Assembly: GCA_977020255.1 (NCBI GenBank)
Contig: CDROCS010003797.1
Span: forward strand, 1-64,000
Origin: Obrimoposthia wandeli
Lineage: Eukaryota
Length of the DNA stretch: 64,000 nt
Direction: 5' to 3'
A model generated the notes under the pieces. That model did no database searches. It was not told where the DNA came from and saw nothing but the letters and a program-made list of their open reading frames with translations. This document shows positions 1 to 12,256 of this stretch, one piece after another (positions within the stretch are counted from its first letter, which is position 1; every line of letters starts with the position of its first letter). The translations under genes and the position numbers were made by a program.

Positions 1-9
1 TTGAAAAAA

Positions 10-360
10 TTAACAGGCAATAAATGGCGTGACACTAATACCTAATTTACCCAATGAAATAATGGTGATCATCACAACAATCAACATTTTAGTGGTATTC
101 GCTAAAAAACGGCTTAGGGTAATATCAAGCTTATGTCGCTCACATAACTTCAGCACAACATTGGCAATTTTACCAGCAAACATATAGCCGATAATAAAAA
201 TGATAAAAGCACCAATTAATTGAAAGCTGTAATTGGTAAAAAACTCAACAATGATGTTATAAATTCGACCAACTTGATCCAATTCATCTTTAAGTAACAG
301 GGTGGGATCTAAAGTTTTAGTTATTTGTTCTGTAGTGCTTGCGTTGCTAGATTCAGCCAT
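10..360 (-). pseudogene. MscS-family small-conductance mechanosensitive channel, N-terminal part only (premature stop)
   Basis: TM1-TM2-TM3a pattern (LIGAFIIFIIG...LSRFLAN...IISLGKLGISVTPFIA) typical of MscS. Ends PFIAC* where homologs continue into TM3 (AAxGAxxLxxGLA) and the beta domain. Confidence 0.7.
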
Positions 361-628
361 TGGTAAGTTCCATAGTGTGTACGTTGCTCAAGTTTCGCTA
401 TATTACGACAATTTAAGGTGAAATTTACATTATTATTACGCTTTAATAGCCAAAAACTGAAAGTTAGTGGCTTAGGCATTAACGCGACTACCATCATGAG
501 CAATAACAAAAATAACAGTGAAGAAAATAACTGCCTACTTATTAATTTAATAAAAGCCATTGCTTAATAAACGAAATTCGCGCTAGAATCTAGCCTCGTT
601 TAACTATTTACAATGATTAAACGTATTG

Positions 629-712
629 ACTTGTCGGAGTGCCAAAGGGCTGAGATCGCGAAAGCGGGATCCGTAGAACCTGATTAGATTAACATCTGCG
701 AAGGGAACAAGT
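629..712 (+). promoter_or_regulatory. TPP riboswitch
   Basis: P1 ACTTGT/ACAAGT, conserved GGAGTG..GCTGAGA and AACCTGA...CTGCGAAGGGAA motifs, directly upstream of thiC. A CGCCT/AGGCG hairpin at 783-808 covers the thiC ribosome-binding region. Confidence 0.95.
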
Positions 713-803
713 GAGTGAGCTCAAAAGTATATTTTACACATTACTATTGAGCTTGCTCCTCGTTACTACCCCCATAAAGCTCCGCCTATTTTTTATATAA
801 TAA

Positions 804-2774
<1,971 letters not shown>

Positions 2775-2789
2775 TCGATTAATTTAACT

Positions 2790-4037
2790 ATGCCAAACAT
2801 CGCTATTATTGGCGCCGGCCTAATGGGCCGCTTGGTCGCTTTGTCGTTAAATCGACAAGGCTACCAAGTCACGCTATTTGATAAAGACCAAAAAAGCGGC
2901 CAGCAAAGTGCTGCCTATGCAGCCGCCGGGCTATTAACCCCGCTAGGCGAAGCGATGCACAGCCCTGCCAACATTGTTGCGATGGGTTTTGCTGCACTGC
3001 CGTTATGGCCCAAATTACTCAGTACACTGACTGGCTATAATTTTTTTCAACAAACAGGCACGCTAGTCGTCAGTCACGAACAAGATATTGGCGACTACCA
3101 ACGCCTAAAGCGATTTTTAGCGAGCCATTATCCAAACAATGTTCAACAACCACTCAACCGCCAACAGTTAACCGCACTAGAACCCGAACTCGCGCGTAAG
3201 TTTTCACAAGCCCTGTATTTACCGGAAGAAGGTCAAATAGGCAATAGAAAGTTACTGCTAGCATTACAGCAACAGTTGCTCGAGGAAGGTGTTGAATGGC
3301 GTAGCGAATCGGAGGTGATAGCGATTAATAGCCATAGTTTTGATAGCGGTTGCGACATTAATTACCGCACCGGCCAGCAGAACATTAGTATTCAAAGCCA
3401 GACATTTGATCTTGCTATTGATTGTCGTGGTATTGGCGCGAGAAAATCGCTTAAGAGCATGACCAGTAACATCGGTAGTAGCACGAGCAATGACACAGAG
3501 AATAAGCTAGGTATTAATCAACGCAATGACCAATGCAATGCTGAACTCTCCGATTTACGTGCTGTACGTGGTGAGTTGTTTCAGCTGTTTGCGCCAGACG
3601 TTAACATTTCACGTCCGGTTCGGTTGATGCATCCACGTTATCAATTATATATAGCGCCCAAAGGGAAAGGTCATTATGTCGTTGGTGCAACCGAAATTGA
3701 AAGTGATGATACCGCGCCGATGACAGTACGTTCCGCAATGGAGTTACTCAGCGCAGCTTATAGTGTTCATCCCGGTTTTGCAGAGGCTAATATTCGTCAA
3801 CATATTAGCCAACTTCGACCAGCGTTTAGTGACAATCAGCCTAAAATAATTTCTCAGCATGCTTTGCTGCAAGTCAATGGCTTATATCGTCATGGCTTTT
3901 TAATTGCCCCAGTAGTGCTTGCCCAAGTGCTAGAGCATGTCGATAATTTAATGCTAAATAAGCAAAAGTCGCTCAAAAGCTACCAATACCATCAATGGCT
4001 GCCCATTAACGTTAAGCCGAATGAGTTTACGCCATAA
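2790..4037 (+). CDS. thiO: Glycine oxidase (thiazole synthesis)
   Basis: GAGLMG dinucleotide-binding motif, AAGLL, GLRPA-like QLRPA, NGLYRHGFL; thi operon context. Confidence 0.9.
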   Translation: MPNIAIIGAGLMGRLVALSLNRQGYQVTLFDKDQKSGQQSAAYAAAGLLTPLGEAMHSPANIVAMGFAALPLWPKLLSTLTGYNFFQQTGTLVVSHEQDIGDYQRLKRFLASHYPNNVQQPLNRQQLTALEPELARKFSQALYLPEEGQIGNRKLLLALQQQLLEEGVEWRSESEVIAINSHSFDSGCDINYRTGQQNISIQSQTFDLAIDCRGIGARKSLKSMTSNIGSSTSNDTENKLGINQRNDQCNAELSDLRAVRGELFQLFAPDVNISRPVRLMHPRYQLYIAPKGKGHYVVGATEIESDDTAPMTVRSAMELLSAAYSVHPGFAEANIRQHISQLRPAFSDNQPKIISQHALLQVNGLYRHGFLIAPVVLAQVLEHVDNLMLNKQKSLKSYQYHQWLPINVKPNEFTP

Positions 4038-4135
4038 AAACAGTCAATAAGAGCATACGTAAATCATTCATTGATTAGTTTAGTGATTGATAGTTATTAA
4101 CGTAAGCAGTGCAATAAGAAGAAATAGAGACAACC

Positions 4136-4354
4136 ATGAAAATATATATTAATGGCAACGCTGTTGAGCTTACATCGTCAACCAAACCTATCGATATTGA
4201 CTGGGTGATCAGTAAAGTATTACCTACAAGCCAGCAACAGCAAAGCTTTGCCTTGGCGCTTAATGGTGACTTTGTCGGCCGAGCAGACTACGGTCAAACA
4301 TACGTTAACCATAACGACAGTATTGACTTACTTTTCCCCATTGTTGGAGGTTAA
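4136..4354 (+). CDS. thiS: Sulfur carrier protein
   Basis: 72 aa ubiquitin-like, MKIYING start, C-terminal GG, between thiO and thiG. Confidence 0.93.
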   Translation: MKIYINGNAVELTSSTKPIDIDWVISKVLPTSQQQQSFALALNGDFVGRADYGQTYVNHNDSIDLLFPIVGG

Positions 4355-4357
4355 CCC

Positions 4358-5161
4358 ATGGCATTAAACATTTATGGTCAGCAACTTGATAGCCGTTTAC
4401 TGATCGGCTCTGCGCTCTATCCTTCCCCCGAAGTCATGCAGCAAGCCATTGTTGCCAGTGGTTCGCAAGTGGTGACCTTATCGCTAAAACGACAGAATCC
4501 GTTAGAACGTTCGGGAGAAAAAATTTGGCGCTATATCCAAGACACAGTTCAGCAAAACCAAGGCTTTCTTCTCCCGAATACGGCCGGTTGTAAAAATGCG
4601 AAAGAGGCTATTACCTTAGCCAAAATGAGTCGTGAATTATTTCAAACGGATTGGATAAAACTCGAAGTTATCGGCGACGACTATAATCTACAACCCGACC
4701 CAATAGAGCTGCTGATCGCCACCGAGCAGTTACTCGCTGATGGCTTTAAAGTGCTGCCCTACTGCACTGATGATTTAGTCATTTGCCAAAAATTATACGC
4801 ACTAGGTTGTAAAGTTATCATGCCTTGGGCCTCACCTATTGGCACCGGAAAAGGTTTAATGAATCCTTATAACTTAGCCAGCATTCGCCAACGATTACCC
4901 AACGCAACGTTAATTCTTGATGCCGGAATAGGTAAACCTTCCGATGCTTGTATCGCCATGGAAATGGGCTTTGATGGCGTGCTGCTCAATAGTGCTATTG
5001 CCCTTGCAGATAATCCGGCATTAATGGCAAAAGCTTTTGCAGGCGCAATTGCTGCCGGTGAATCGGCGTATATCGCCGGCACTATGCCCGAGCGTCAAAC
5101 GGCTCATGCCAGCACGCCAACACTAGAAACGCCTTTTTGGCATCACCCGGAACATAATTAA
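4358..5161 (+). CDS. thiG: Thiazole synthase
   Basis: [36 protein letters not shown] motifs. Confidence 0.97.
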   Translation: MALNIYGQQLDSRLLIGSALYPSPEVMQQAIVASGSQVVTLSLKRQNPLERSGEKIWRYIQDTVQQNQGFLLPNTAGCKNAKEAITLAKMSRELFQTDWIKLEVIGDDYNLQPDPIELLIATEQLLADGFKVLPYCTDDLVICQKLYALGCKVIMPWASPIGTGKGLMNPYNLASIRQRLPNATLILDAGIGKPSDACIAMEMGFDGVLLNSAIALADNPALMAKAFAGAIAAGESAYIAGTMPERQTAHASTPTLETPFWHHPEHN

Positions 5162-6816
5162 TGACACTTAATGCTGCATCGACAATCATTAGCTCAAAAC
5201 AAAAACCTATTATTTGGACCATTTCAGGCGCGGATTGCTCAGGTGGTGCAGGCATAGCGGCTGATATCAAAACCGGCCATAGCCTGCAAGTTGAAGTTTG
5301 CCATTTGATCACCGCTAATACCGTGCAAAACTCAACCAAACTTAGTGCCATTCACCCGGTTGAAGTAGCCATTTTAGCCGAACAAGCGCAGGTGCTACGC
5401 TTTGACAAACCACCTTCGGTAATAAAAATAGGTTTAATTGCCAACAGCGTACAATTGACTTGGTTAGTTGCATTATTGTCAGCATTTAAACAGCAATTAC
5501 CGAACCTACAGGTGGTTTATGATCCCGTCGGTCAAGCCAGTGTTGGTGGTAATTTAACAACGTTAATATCTAGTGATTTGCTCTCATTGATGCCATTGAT
5601 CGATGTGATCACACCAAACTTGATGGAAGCAAAAAAAATAAGCCAGCCCAGACAAGCATCACAAACAAAAAAGTGTGCTAACCAGAGCAGCACTACAGAA
5701 AATATCACTGCACAACACACAGAACAGAATGAAGAAACAAATGCAGAAAAAATTGCAGAGTGCATCATAAAACTGGGTTGCCAAGCGGTTATTGTTAAAG
5801 GTGGTCATGCCGATAGTGAGCAAAAAAGTAATGCTAAAACGTATTGTATTGATCTATGTTTACAACGCCTAAACTCATCAACAAGCTCAACACAAACGTT
5901 CACCCTGCAATCACCAAAGATAAATACTCACTATAGCCATGGTGGTGGCTGCAGTTTTGCCAGTGCGCTTGCCAGCTTTTTGGCACATGGTTATTTATTG
6001 CGTGACGCCTTCACCTTAACCAAAGCCTTTATCAATCAAGGCCTAGCATTAACGGCTGAAATAGAAAATAGTGTACATAATCATGATGATTATTACGGCG
6101 CTTTTGAACAAACATCATGGCCAACAACATTGACGTATTTCCCCAAAGTGCTCAGCACGCTAAACCACAAATTTCAGCCATTACCGAGCTTTAAATCGCT
6201 CGAATTAGCCAATAAACAAAAACTTGGTCTTTATCCTGTTATTGATTCTTTAGCATGGTTAGAACGCTTATTACCACTGAATTTAAATATTATTCAACTA
6301 CGGCTCAAAAATAAAAATAGTGAAGAATTGGACTCGATCATCGAAAAATCGGTCACTTTAGCACAGCGGTATGCTTGTCGACTGTTTATTAATGATCATT
6401 GGCAACTGGCGATCAAACACGGCGCATACGGTGTTCATATTGGTCAAGAAGATCTAGTTAACGCTAATTTAGCTGCAATTGCGAATGCTGGCTTACGTCT
6501 AGGCATAAGCACACACGGCTGTTACGAATTTTTATTAGCCAAGCAATTACAACCTTCTTACCTGGCTATTGGCGCTATATTTCCAACTAAAACAAAAGAT
6601 ATGACCGGACAGATCCAAGGAGTAGAAAATCTCAAGCAGATATTACAACTTGCCGAACATATACCTGTAGTGGCAATTGGTGGTATCAGTCAACAACGCC
6701 TGCAACAAGTATCGAACACGGGAGTTAGTGGGATTGCAGTAGTCACCGCTATTACCGAAGATGAACAGCCAATAATAGCTGCTAAAGCTATGCAAACACA
6801 GTTAAATGAAAAATAG
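5161..6816 (+). CDS. thiDE: Fused HMP/HMP-P kinase and thiamine-phosphate synthase (ThiD-ThiE)
   Basis: N-terminal ISGADCSGGAGIAADIKT and HGGGCSFASA (ThiD); C-terminal IQLRLK, INDHW..A...GVHIGQED, VVAIGGI (ThiE). Start overlaps the thiG stop. Confidence 0.9.
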   Translation: MTLNAASTIISSKQKPIIWTISGADCSGGAGIAADIKTGHSLQVEVCHLITANTVQNSTKLSAIHPVEVAILAEQAQVLRFDKPPSVIKIGLIANSVQLTWLVALLSAFKQQLPNLQVVYDPVGQASVGGNLTTLISSDLLSLMPLIDVITPNLMEAKKISQPRQASQTKKCANQSSTTENITAQHTEQNEETNAEKIAECIIKLGCQAVIVKGGHADSEQKSNAKTYCIDLCLQRLNSSTSSTQTFTLQSPKINTHYSHGGGCSFASALASFLAHGYLLRDAFTLTKAFINQGLALTAEIENSVHNHDDYYGAFEQTSWPTTLTYFPKVLSTLNHKFQPLPSFKSLELANKQKLGLYPVIDSLAWLERLLPLNLNIIQLRLKNKNSEELDSIIEKSVTLAQRYACRLFINDHWQLAIKHGAYGVHIGQEDLVNANLAAIANAGLRLGISTHGCYEFLLAKQLQPSYLAIGAIFPTKTKDMTGQIQGVENLKQILQLAEHIPVVAIGGISQQRLQQVSNTGVSGIAVVTAITEDEQPIIAAKAMQTQLNEK

Positions 6817-6862
6817 AATTTTTCATTTATTTTAATTTCCTTATTTCACGAATAATTTCAAA

Positions 6863-7714
6863 TTAAAACACCTTATGCCAAAGTTTTACCCGTTGATTAA
6901 TAAAGCCAGATTCGGTGAGAGCTTTTGTGATCACCCCTGTTTCTCGTAATTGAGTGATACCTTGATTGAGAGCGTGATACAGTGCTTTAGCATTTAAAGA
7001 CTTTTTAGACACCACAAAATATCTGGCTCCTTGCAGACCTATTTTTATATTAGGTACGGGAATAAGTCGAATACCGGCGAGCTCGCTTGACATATCTTCG
7101 GCATATGAAAATTCTAATATCGTAAAATCAACTCGTTTAGCATTGATCATCTTGAACATGTTTATTTTATTGGGAGCAGAAGAGGTGCTAATTTTCATGG
7201 CTTGTAATGTCTGCCAATCTACATGCCATATTTTAGGCATTACCGCCTTTAGACCTTGTAAATCCTGCAAAGACTGAGCTTCAAGGACATGGCGATTTGT
7301 CGCTAAAGTATAAATTCCTTTTTCAAATTCACCATTTCTGATTATTGCGGAAGTTTTATAGAAAAGATCGTCATCAATATCATCTTCCCAGAGTGATTCT
7401 GCAGGAATATGCACCAAGCCATGCCTAGCTTGAGTTAATGCTCGTTCATAGTTAGGGTATTGTTGAAGAGTTATTTTTGATTTATATCCTGCAACATTTA
7501 ATGCCTGACAAATAAGAATAAGCTCCACTGTGCCACGATTAGCATAAGGGCTATTAAAATCAGAAATTTTTTCACACGGAGTCACTTTAGTCCACTTTTG
7601 AAAAGAGTCATAGATAAAGTGATTTGTAGAAATAATAGTTTCAATTTCTAGTGCTTTTGCGTTGGTGCTGAGCATCAGAAATAAAGTTAAACATGTATAA
7701 GTAATACAATTCAA
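6863..7714 (-). CDS. Exported periplasmic-binding-protein-like (type 2 fold) hypothetical protein
   Basis: Signal peptide; PNYERAL, WHVDWQTL, FKMINAKRVDF and GLxQLRExGVI patterns typical of marine PBP-like orphans. Confidence 0.6.
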   Translation of the reverse strand: MNCITYTCLTLFLMLSTNAKALEIETIISTNHFIYDSFQKWTKVTPCEKISDFNSPYANRGTVELILICQALNVAGYKSKITLQQYPNYERALTQARHGLVHIPAESLWEDDIDDDLFYKTSAIIRNGEFEKGIYTLATNRHVLEAQSLQDLQGLKAVMPKIWHVDWQTLQAMKISTSSAPNKINMFKMINAKRVDFTILEFSYAEDMSSELAGIRLIPVPNIKIGLQGARYFVVSKKSLNAKALYHALNQGITQLRETGVITKALTESGFINQRVKLWHKVF

Positions 7715-8249
7715 AATGCCATCCTAATTCCATCAGCTACATTAATTTCAGTAGCATCTTGCACCATAAAAATTAATCGAAAAATATATTCGCTATTACT
7801 TTATAAAAGCTTATTTATAAAAAGTTAAATAGTAGGCTTTACACATAATTTATATGTTAAAACAATTAACTATCGCATTCATAGTAACTAAAAACAATAA
7901 TCATGGCACACTTTGAACCGCTTAAATGAGTTTATTAACCAATGACAGATAATCTTAGATTACGGTATTGCCCCATCTTTACAAAACCAACATTAAATTC
8001 GCGACAGTTAATAGAATATTTGCCAAATAAAATAATTTATTGTGAAGAAGGCTTATACATATCAATAACTAAACTATAAAAGGAAGCGGTGTTTGGTGGT
8101 TGAGTGAAATATATACAAATAATTGGAGGTGCAATAAAACATCTATGGTTACTTCATAAATAGTGGATAAATTCTCTTGGGTATTATCGGTAGTTAGCGA
8201 TAAATTTTTAAAAAATTTATCTATGAACTCATTTCAACTAACTCTACTA

Positions 8250-8528
8250 CTAAGTTCTATAAAGCACTTTAATAACATGCCAACCAAATTTAGTTTTAAC
8301 GAGGTGAGGCTCTAATATGGCGCCACTAAATGCGACTTTATCAAATTGAGGTACCATTTGACCGCGTTTAAATTCGCCTAAATCTCCACCTTTCTTACCC
8401 GATGGACATGTAGAGTATTTTTTAGCTAAGGTTTGAAATTTAGCTCCTTTGGCCAACTGCTTAATAATATCTTCTGCAATTTCTTTGTGCTTAACCAAAA
8501 TGTGAAGTGCGTATGCTGTAGCTGCCAT
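8250..8528 (-). CDS. ppiC: Parvulin peptidyl-prolyl isomerase
   Basis: [37 protein letters not shown]. Start moved to the ATG at 8528 (92 aa). Confidence 0.95.
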   Translation of the reverse strand: MAATAYALHILVKHKEIAEDIIKQLAKGAKFQTLAKKYSTCPSGKKGGDLGEFKRGQMVPQFDKVAFSGAILEPHLVKTKFGWHVIKVLYRT

Positions 8529-8683
8529 GTAAAACCTTTTTAAAAATATTAAACCAAACAAAAATTAACAAGTGAAATGATATCACGTATCTTAATTTTT
8601 CTACTTCGCTAAATAGCGAAATTAATTCTCTGGAATAGCCGTACTTTGTAAGTTATTGAGGAGTATGGCTAAATTTCGGGCAC

Positions 8684-8710
8684 AAAAAAACCGACGTTAA
8701 TAGTCGGTTT
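8684..8710 (-). terminator. Intrinsic terminator after tRNA-Leu
   Basis: AACCGAC/GTCGGTT stem followed by a T7 run on the minus strand. Confidence 0.75.
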
Positions 8711-8742
8711 ATTGTTATAGCCCTTTAATAACAAGGGAAGAA

Positions 8743-8827
8743 TGGTACCAGCGGTCGGACTCGAACCGACACGTCTTTCGACAGGGGATTTTGAATCCCC
8801 CATGTATACCAATTTCATCACGCTGGC
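8743..8827 (-). tRNA. tRNA-Leu (anticodon CAA)
   Basis: Reverse complement GCCAGCG...GGGGA-TT-CAA-AA-TCCCC...GGTTCGAGTCC...CGCTGGT-A-CCA; 85 nt with long variable arm and encoded CCA. Confidence 0.97.
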
Positions 8828-9172
8828 ATTTCTCTTTCTATAACTTCAATTAATGTAAACATCATTGAAGATGGCGAGCATTATACGAGATATAACACTG
8901 TTGGCAATAGTTTTTCTATTATTATCGTTTGAGTGCTGCTTATTTGTTCATGAAGTAAGTAATACATTAAATTTATCGCTACCGTTTTAATTTGCTTGTC
9001 TGACTCTCTAATAAAATTCTAACGTTATTCGCTAATGACAGTGTTGGTACAAAGTCTTTATAACACCTTAAAATCGCATTAAAGCCACCTTGAAATTATA
9101 AATTACGCCCTATCACTTATACTTTTATATGCCTTTTGCTAAACTAGCGCAAATTTTTCCATTGATGTCACT

Positions 9173-9673
9173 ATGTCCCTAACTTCTAACGCTTCGTTTC
9201 CTCGTGCTGGTTTTCGTCGTCGTATCGCGTCTTGGCTTTATGATGCCTTAATTGCCATTGCCGTGTATATGACTGCCGGCGCGGCTTCGTTTTTAATCAT
9301 TTCATTTCTGGTACATTTTGGCGCTTTTGATTTACAAGGTTATGAGCATTTAAGTGACACGATTACAAACACCTACTGGTTGCTATTACCGAATGAACTT
9401 TGGAAACTAGGCTGGGTAGCATTTTTCTTTATCTGGTTCTGGTCAAAAAGCGGACAAACCTTAGGTATGAAAGCATGGCGTTTAAAGGTGCAAAACCAAA
9501 ACGGTGGTTTAATGACTAAAACAACCGCTATGAAGCGCTTACTGCCAACACTATTAGGCTTAGGTAATTTTGCGGTGCTCGTTGATAGAAAAAATAAGTT
9601 GAGTATTCAAGATCGTTTAACTGACACTGAAGTGGTTTTGTTAACGCTTGAAGCAAACCGTGGCAGGCTTTAG
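9173..9673 (+). CDS. RDD family membrane protein
   Basis: AGFRRRIASWLYDAL, GQTLGMKAWRLKV, QDRLTDTEVV; usual neighbour of lptG. Confidence 0.9.
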   Translation: MSLTSNASFPRAGFRRRIASWLYDALIAIAVYMTAGAASFLIISFLVHFGAFDLQGYEHLSDTITNTYWLLLPNELWKLGWVAFFFIWFWSKSGQTLGMKAWRLKVQNQNGGLMTKTTAMKRLLPTLLGLGNFAVLVDRKNKLSIQDRLTDTEVVLLTLEANRGRL

Positions 9674-9738
9674 GTGTTCGAATGATTCGTTATGCTGATT
9701 AACATAATATAACACTTAAAACGGCTATTACAGATAGT

Positions 9739-9775
9739 AAATGAGGTGGTCCGCAATAGCGTGTTCACCTCATTT
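9739..9775. terminator. Hairpin between convergent RDD and lptG genes
   Basis: AAATGAGGTG...CACCTCATTT inverted repeat. Confidence 0.6.
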
Positions 9776-9812
9776 TATAGCAGATTATTCAACTTTACTA
9801 ACTTAACAATTG

Positions 9813-10880
9813 CTAACTTGCTCGTCGGTTCATTAGGTACAAAGCAATACTGACAAATATGATACTCGGCATAAAAGCGCCAAATATAGCAGGCAGTTGG
9901 TAAACCAAACTTAACGACCCCAGTACTTCGTTAACAATGAAGAATAATATCCCCGTCGCAACCCCCATCATAATTCTTGCTCCCATAGATACAGAACGTA
10001 ATGGGCCAAAGATAAATGATAACGCCACCAATAGCATTACAGCTAAGGTAATGGGTTGAGCTACTTTTCGCCAAAAAGCTAGCAAATAACGACTCTTATC
10101 TTGCTTATTTGCATCAAGGTAATCTAAGTAATCACTTAAACCCCGCAGTGATAATGATTCTGGCTTAACGGTTACCACACCTAACTTGTCTGGCGTCAAT
10201 GTTGAGCTCCAAGACATAACCGGCTGACTTTCTTTGGTAATTTCTTTCGCGCTTATCTTAGTTTCAATAACATCGCGCAATTGCCAAGCATTTTTTTGAT
10301 AAAAAGCGCTCCCCGCAGAAACCCAACTTGAAAGCTTAAGCTGCTCATTGAAACGATAAATTTGAATGTTCTTTAAAGAGCCTTGATCTTGTACTTCGCC
10401 AATATGCACAAAGTAGTCGCCATCTTTTGCCCAAGTGCCACCCGTTGATGAAATTAAACTGCCACCAGAAATTGCCTGAGCACGCACTTGTCGGGCAGCC
10501 GCTTCACCTTGTGGTGCTAACCATTCGCCCACCGCCATGCTGACCACAATTAATAACAAGGCTGACTTCATCACTGATTTAATAATATCAAGACGAGAAA
10601 GCCCCGCTGCTTGCATTATAATGAGCTCACTACTGCTCGCCATCATCCCCATACCAATGAGGCCACCGATTAAGGCTGACATGGGGAAAAACAATGAAAC
10701 ATCTTGAGGGATAGCATAAAGCACATAAAGCGCGGCATGGGCAATGTCATAATTACCTTTGCCGACTGATTTCATTTGTTCAACAAATTTGATAATACCG
10801 CTTAAACTAACAAACACAGCTAAGGTGAGAAAGGTCGTTGAGGCAATCACGCGACCTATGTACATATCTAAGATGCGCAT
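9813..10880 (-). CDS. lptG: LPS export ABC permease LptG
   Basis: MRILDMYIGR start, SSELIIMQAAGLS, FGPLRSVSMG; follows lptF. Confidence 0.96.
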   Translation of the reverse strand: MRILDMYIGRVIASTTFLTLAVFVSLSGIIKFVEQMKSVGKGNYDIAHAALYVLYAIPQDVSLFFPMSALIGGLIGMGMMASSSELIIMQAAGLSRLDIIKSVMKSALLLIVVSMAVGEWLAPQGEAAARQVRAQAISGGSLISSTGGTWAKDGDYFVHIGEVQDQGSLKNIQIYRFNEQLKLSSWVSAGSAFYQKNAWQLRDVIETKISAKEITKESQPVMSWSSTLTPDKLGVVTVKPESLSLRGLSDYLDYLDANKQDKSRYLLAFWRKVAQPITLAVMLLVALSFIFGPLRSVSMGARIMMGVATGILFFIVNEVLGSLSLVYQLPAIFGAFMPSIIFVSIALYLMNRRAS

Positions 10881-12004
10881 TAACTTGCCGCCTTATTTTT
10901 TGCTATTTTTGCTTTAAAAATTCTGCCGCTTTTACGACCTTTAAACAATAAGCTACACCCCAAAACAAGCACCAGAAAGTGCACGGGCCACAAACCTATA
11001 TATTGAGGCACTGAACCTTTCTCTATTCCTGAGCGAACAGCCGTTAGTAATAAAAAGTAACTTAAAAATAATAATAATGCTGGCAACATTTTACCAAACT
11101 TACCTTGGCGAGGATTGACCACACTTAAAGGCACCGCAACTAACGTCATGATAATACAGGCTAATGGAAATGCGATACGCCATTGGCTTTCAGCACTCGC
11201 TTCAGGGCTTTGCTCTTGATAAAGCTCTGCGGTAGGTATAGCACTGAGTTTACGGCGTTTATGTTCAACTTTTTGGTCTTGTATCTGAATATAATATTTA
11301 TCAAAAGCCACTTGGCGAAACTCTTTGTTTTTTATATCATTTTGATAACGCGTGCCCGCTGAAAGTATCAAGCGCTGAGAGCCCGTATCTTCTTCAACAA
11401 CCTGTCCGGTTGCCGCATAAACCAAACTTGAATCGATAACGCTAGCGTTTGGCGTTTCTTGATCCGGTAATTGAGCAACAAAGACTTTTTCAAAGGTATT
11501 GTCATCACGATTTTTTTCATGAATAAATACCACCGCTTTTTTATTACCCGTGGTTTGAAAGCGCCCAGCAATAAGCGAACTTAAACCTGAGTCTGCTGCT
11601 ATTTGGTCTTTTACTTGATATTCGTATTCAGCAGCCATCGGAGATAAGTACAACGTGAATATACCCGTGATGATGGCGGTAACAAAACCCAGTATTAGCG
11701 TAACACGCACTACATACCATTCGCTGACACCACAGGCGTGCAATACGGTCATTTCATTTTCAGCGTAAATACGGCCATAAGCCAATAAAACACCAAGGAA
11801 GAAACTTAAAGGTAAAATCATGCCAGCAAGATCAGGAATTTTTAAGCCAATAAAGGTCATGACTAAATGACCTGGTATTCCACCTTCAGAAGCGTCATCG
11901 AGCACACGAACGAATTTATTGCTGATAAATATTGTCATGATGACAAGAAATACCGCCAACTGGGTTTTAGCAACTTCTTTGAGTAAATAACGAAATATAA
12001 TCAC
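10880..12004 (-). CDS. lptF: LPS export ABC permease LptF
   Basis: MIIFRYLLKE start, GRIYAENEMTVLHACG, NPRQGKF; divergent from pepA. Confidence 0.96.
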   Translation of the reverse strand: MIIFRYLLKEVAKTQLAVFLVIMTIFISNKFVRVLDDASEGGIPGHLVMTFIGLKIPDLAGMILPLSFFLGVLLAYGRIYAENEMTVLHACGVSEWYVVRVTLILGFVTAIITGIFTLYLSPMAAEYEYQVKDQIAADSGLSSLIAGRFQTTGNKKAVVFIHEKNRDDNTFEKVFVAQLPDQETPNASVIDSSLVYAATGQVVEEDTGSQRLILSAGTRYQNDIKNKEFRQVAFDKYYIQIQDQKVEHKRRKLSAIPTAELYQEQSPEASAESQWRIAFPLACIIMTLVAVPLSVVNPRQGKFGKMLPALLLFLSYFLLLTAVRSGIEKGSVPQYIGLWPVHFLVLVLGCSLLFKGRKSGRIFKAKIAKNKAAS

Positions 12005-12256
12005 AAAGTGATCCTATAAAAACTTTCTATAAAACATGGTTTTTTTCTGACATACAGCCATTTTTTGCGTAAACTTGTCATTTTTAGCATTCAGTTAAAT
12101 GCAAGCTTACCAGGTAATGCTGCGCAATCCGGCTATAATTATAGCCTTTAGGCCAATACATTTAAAAGCAAGCTTAGCGATTATTTACTGTTTTTAGCAA
12201 GCTAAATAGTATATTTTCAATAAAATATACGCATTTGAGTCAAATTAGGAGACATC

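Noticed and set aside
321-560. 79-aa minus-strand ORF overlapping the mscS start
   Set aside because: No recognisable family, overlaps mscS and the thi promoter region; the hydrophobic stretch may be a by-product of AT-rich sequence.
3440-3545. Low-complexity insertion in ThiO (and similar linkers in ThiD)
   Set aside because: In-frame surface-loop-type expansions, common in this lineage; no repeat or intein motifs.
8743-8827. tRNA-Leu(CAA) as an integration site
   Set aside because: This tRNA is a common att site, but no integrase or duplicated 3' end is visible downstream; the site appears empty.
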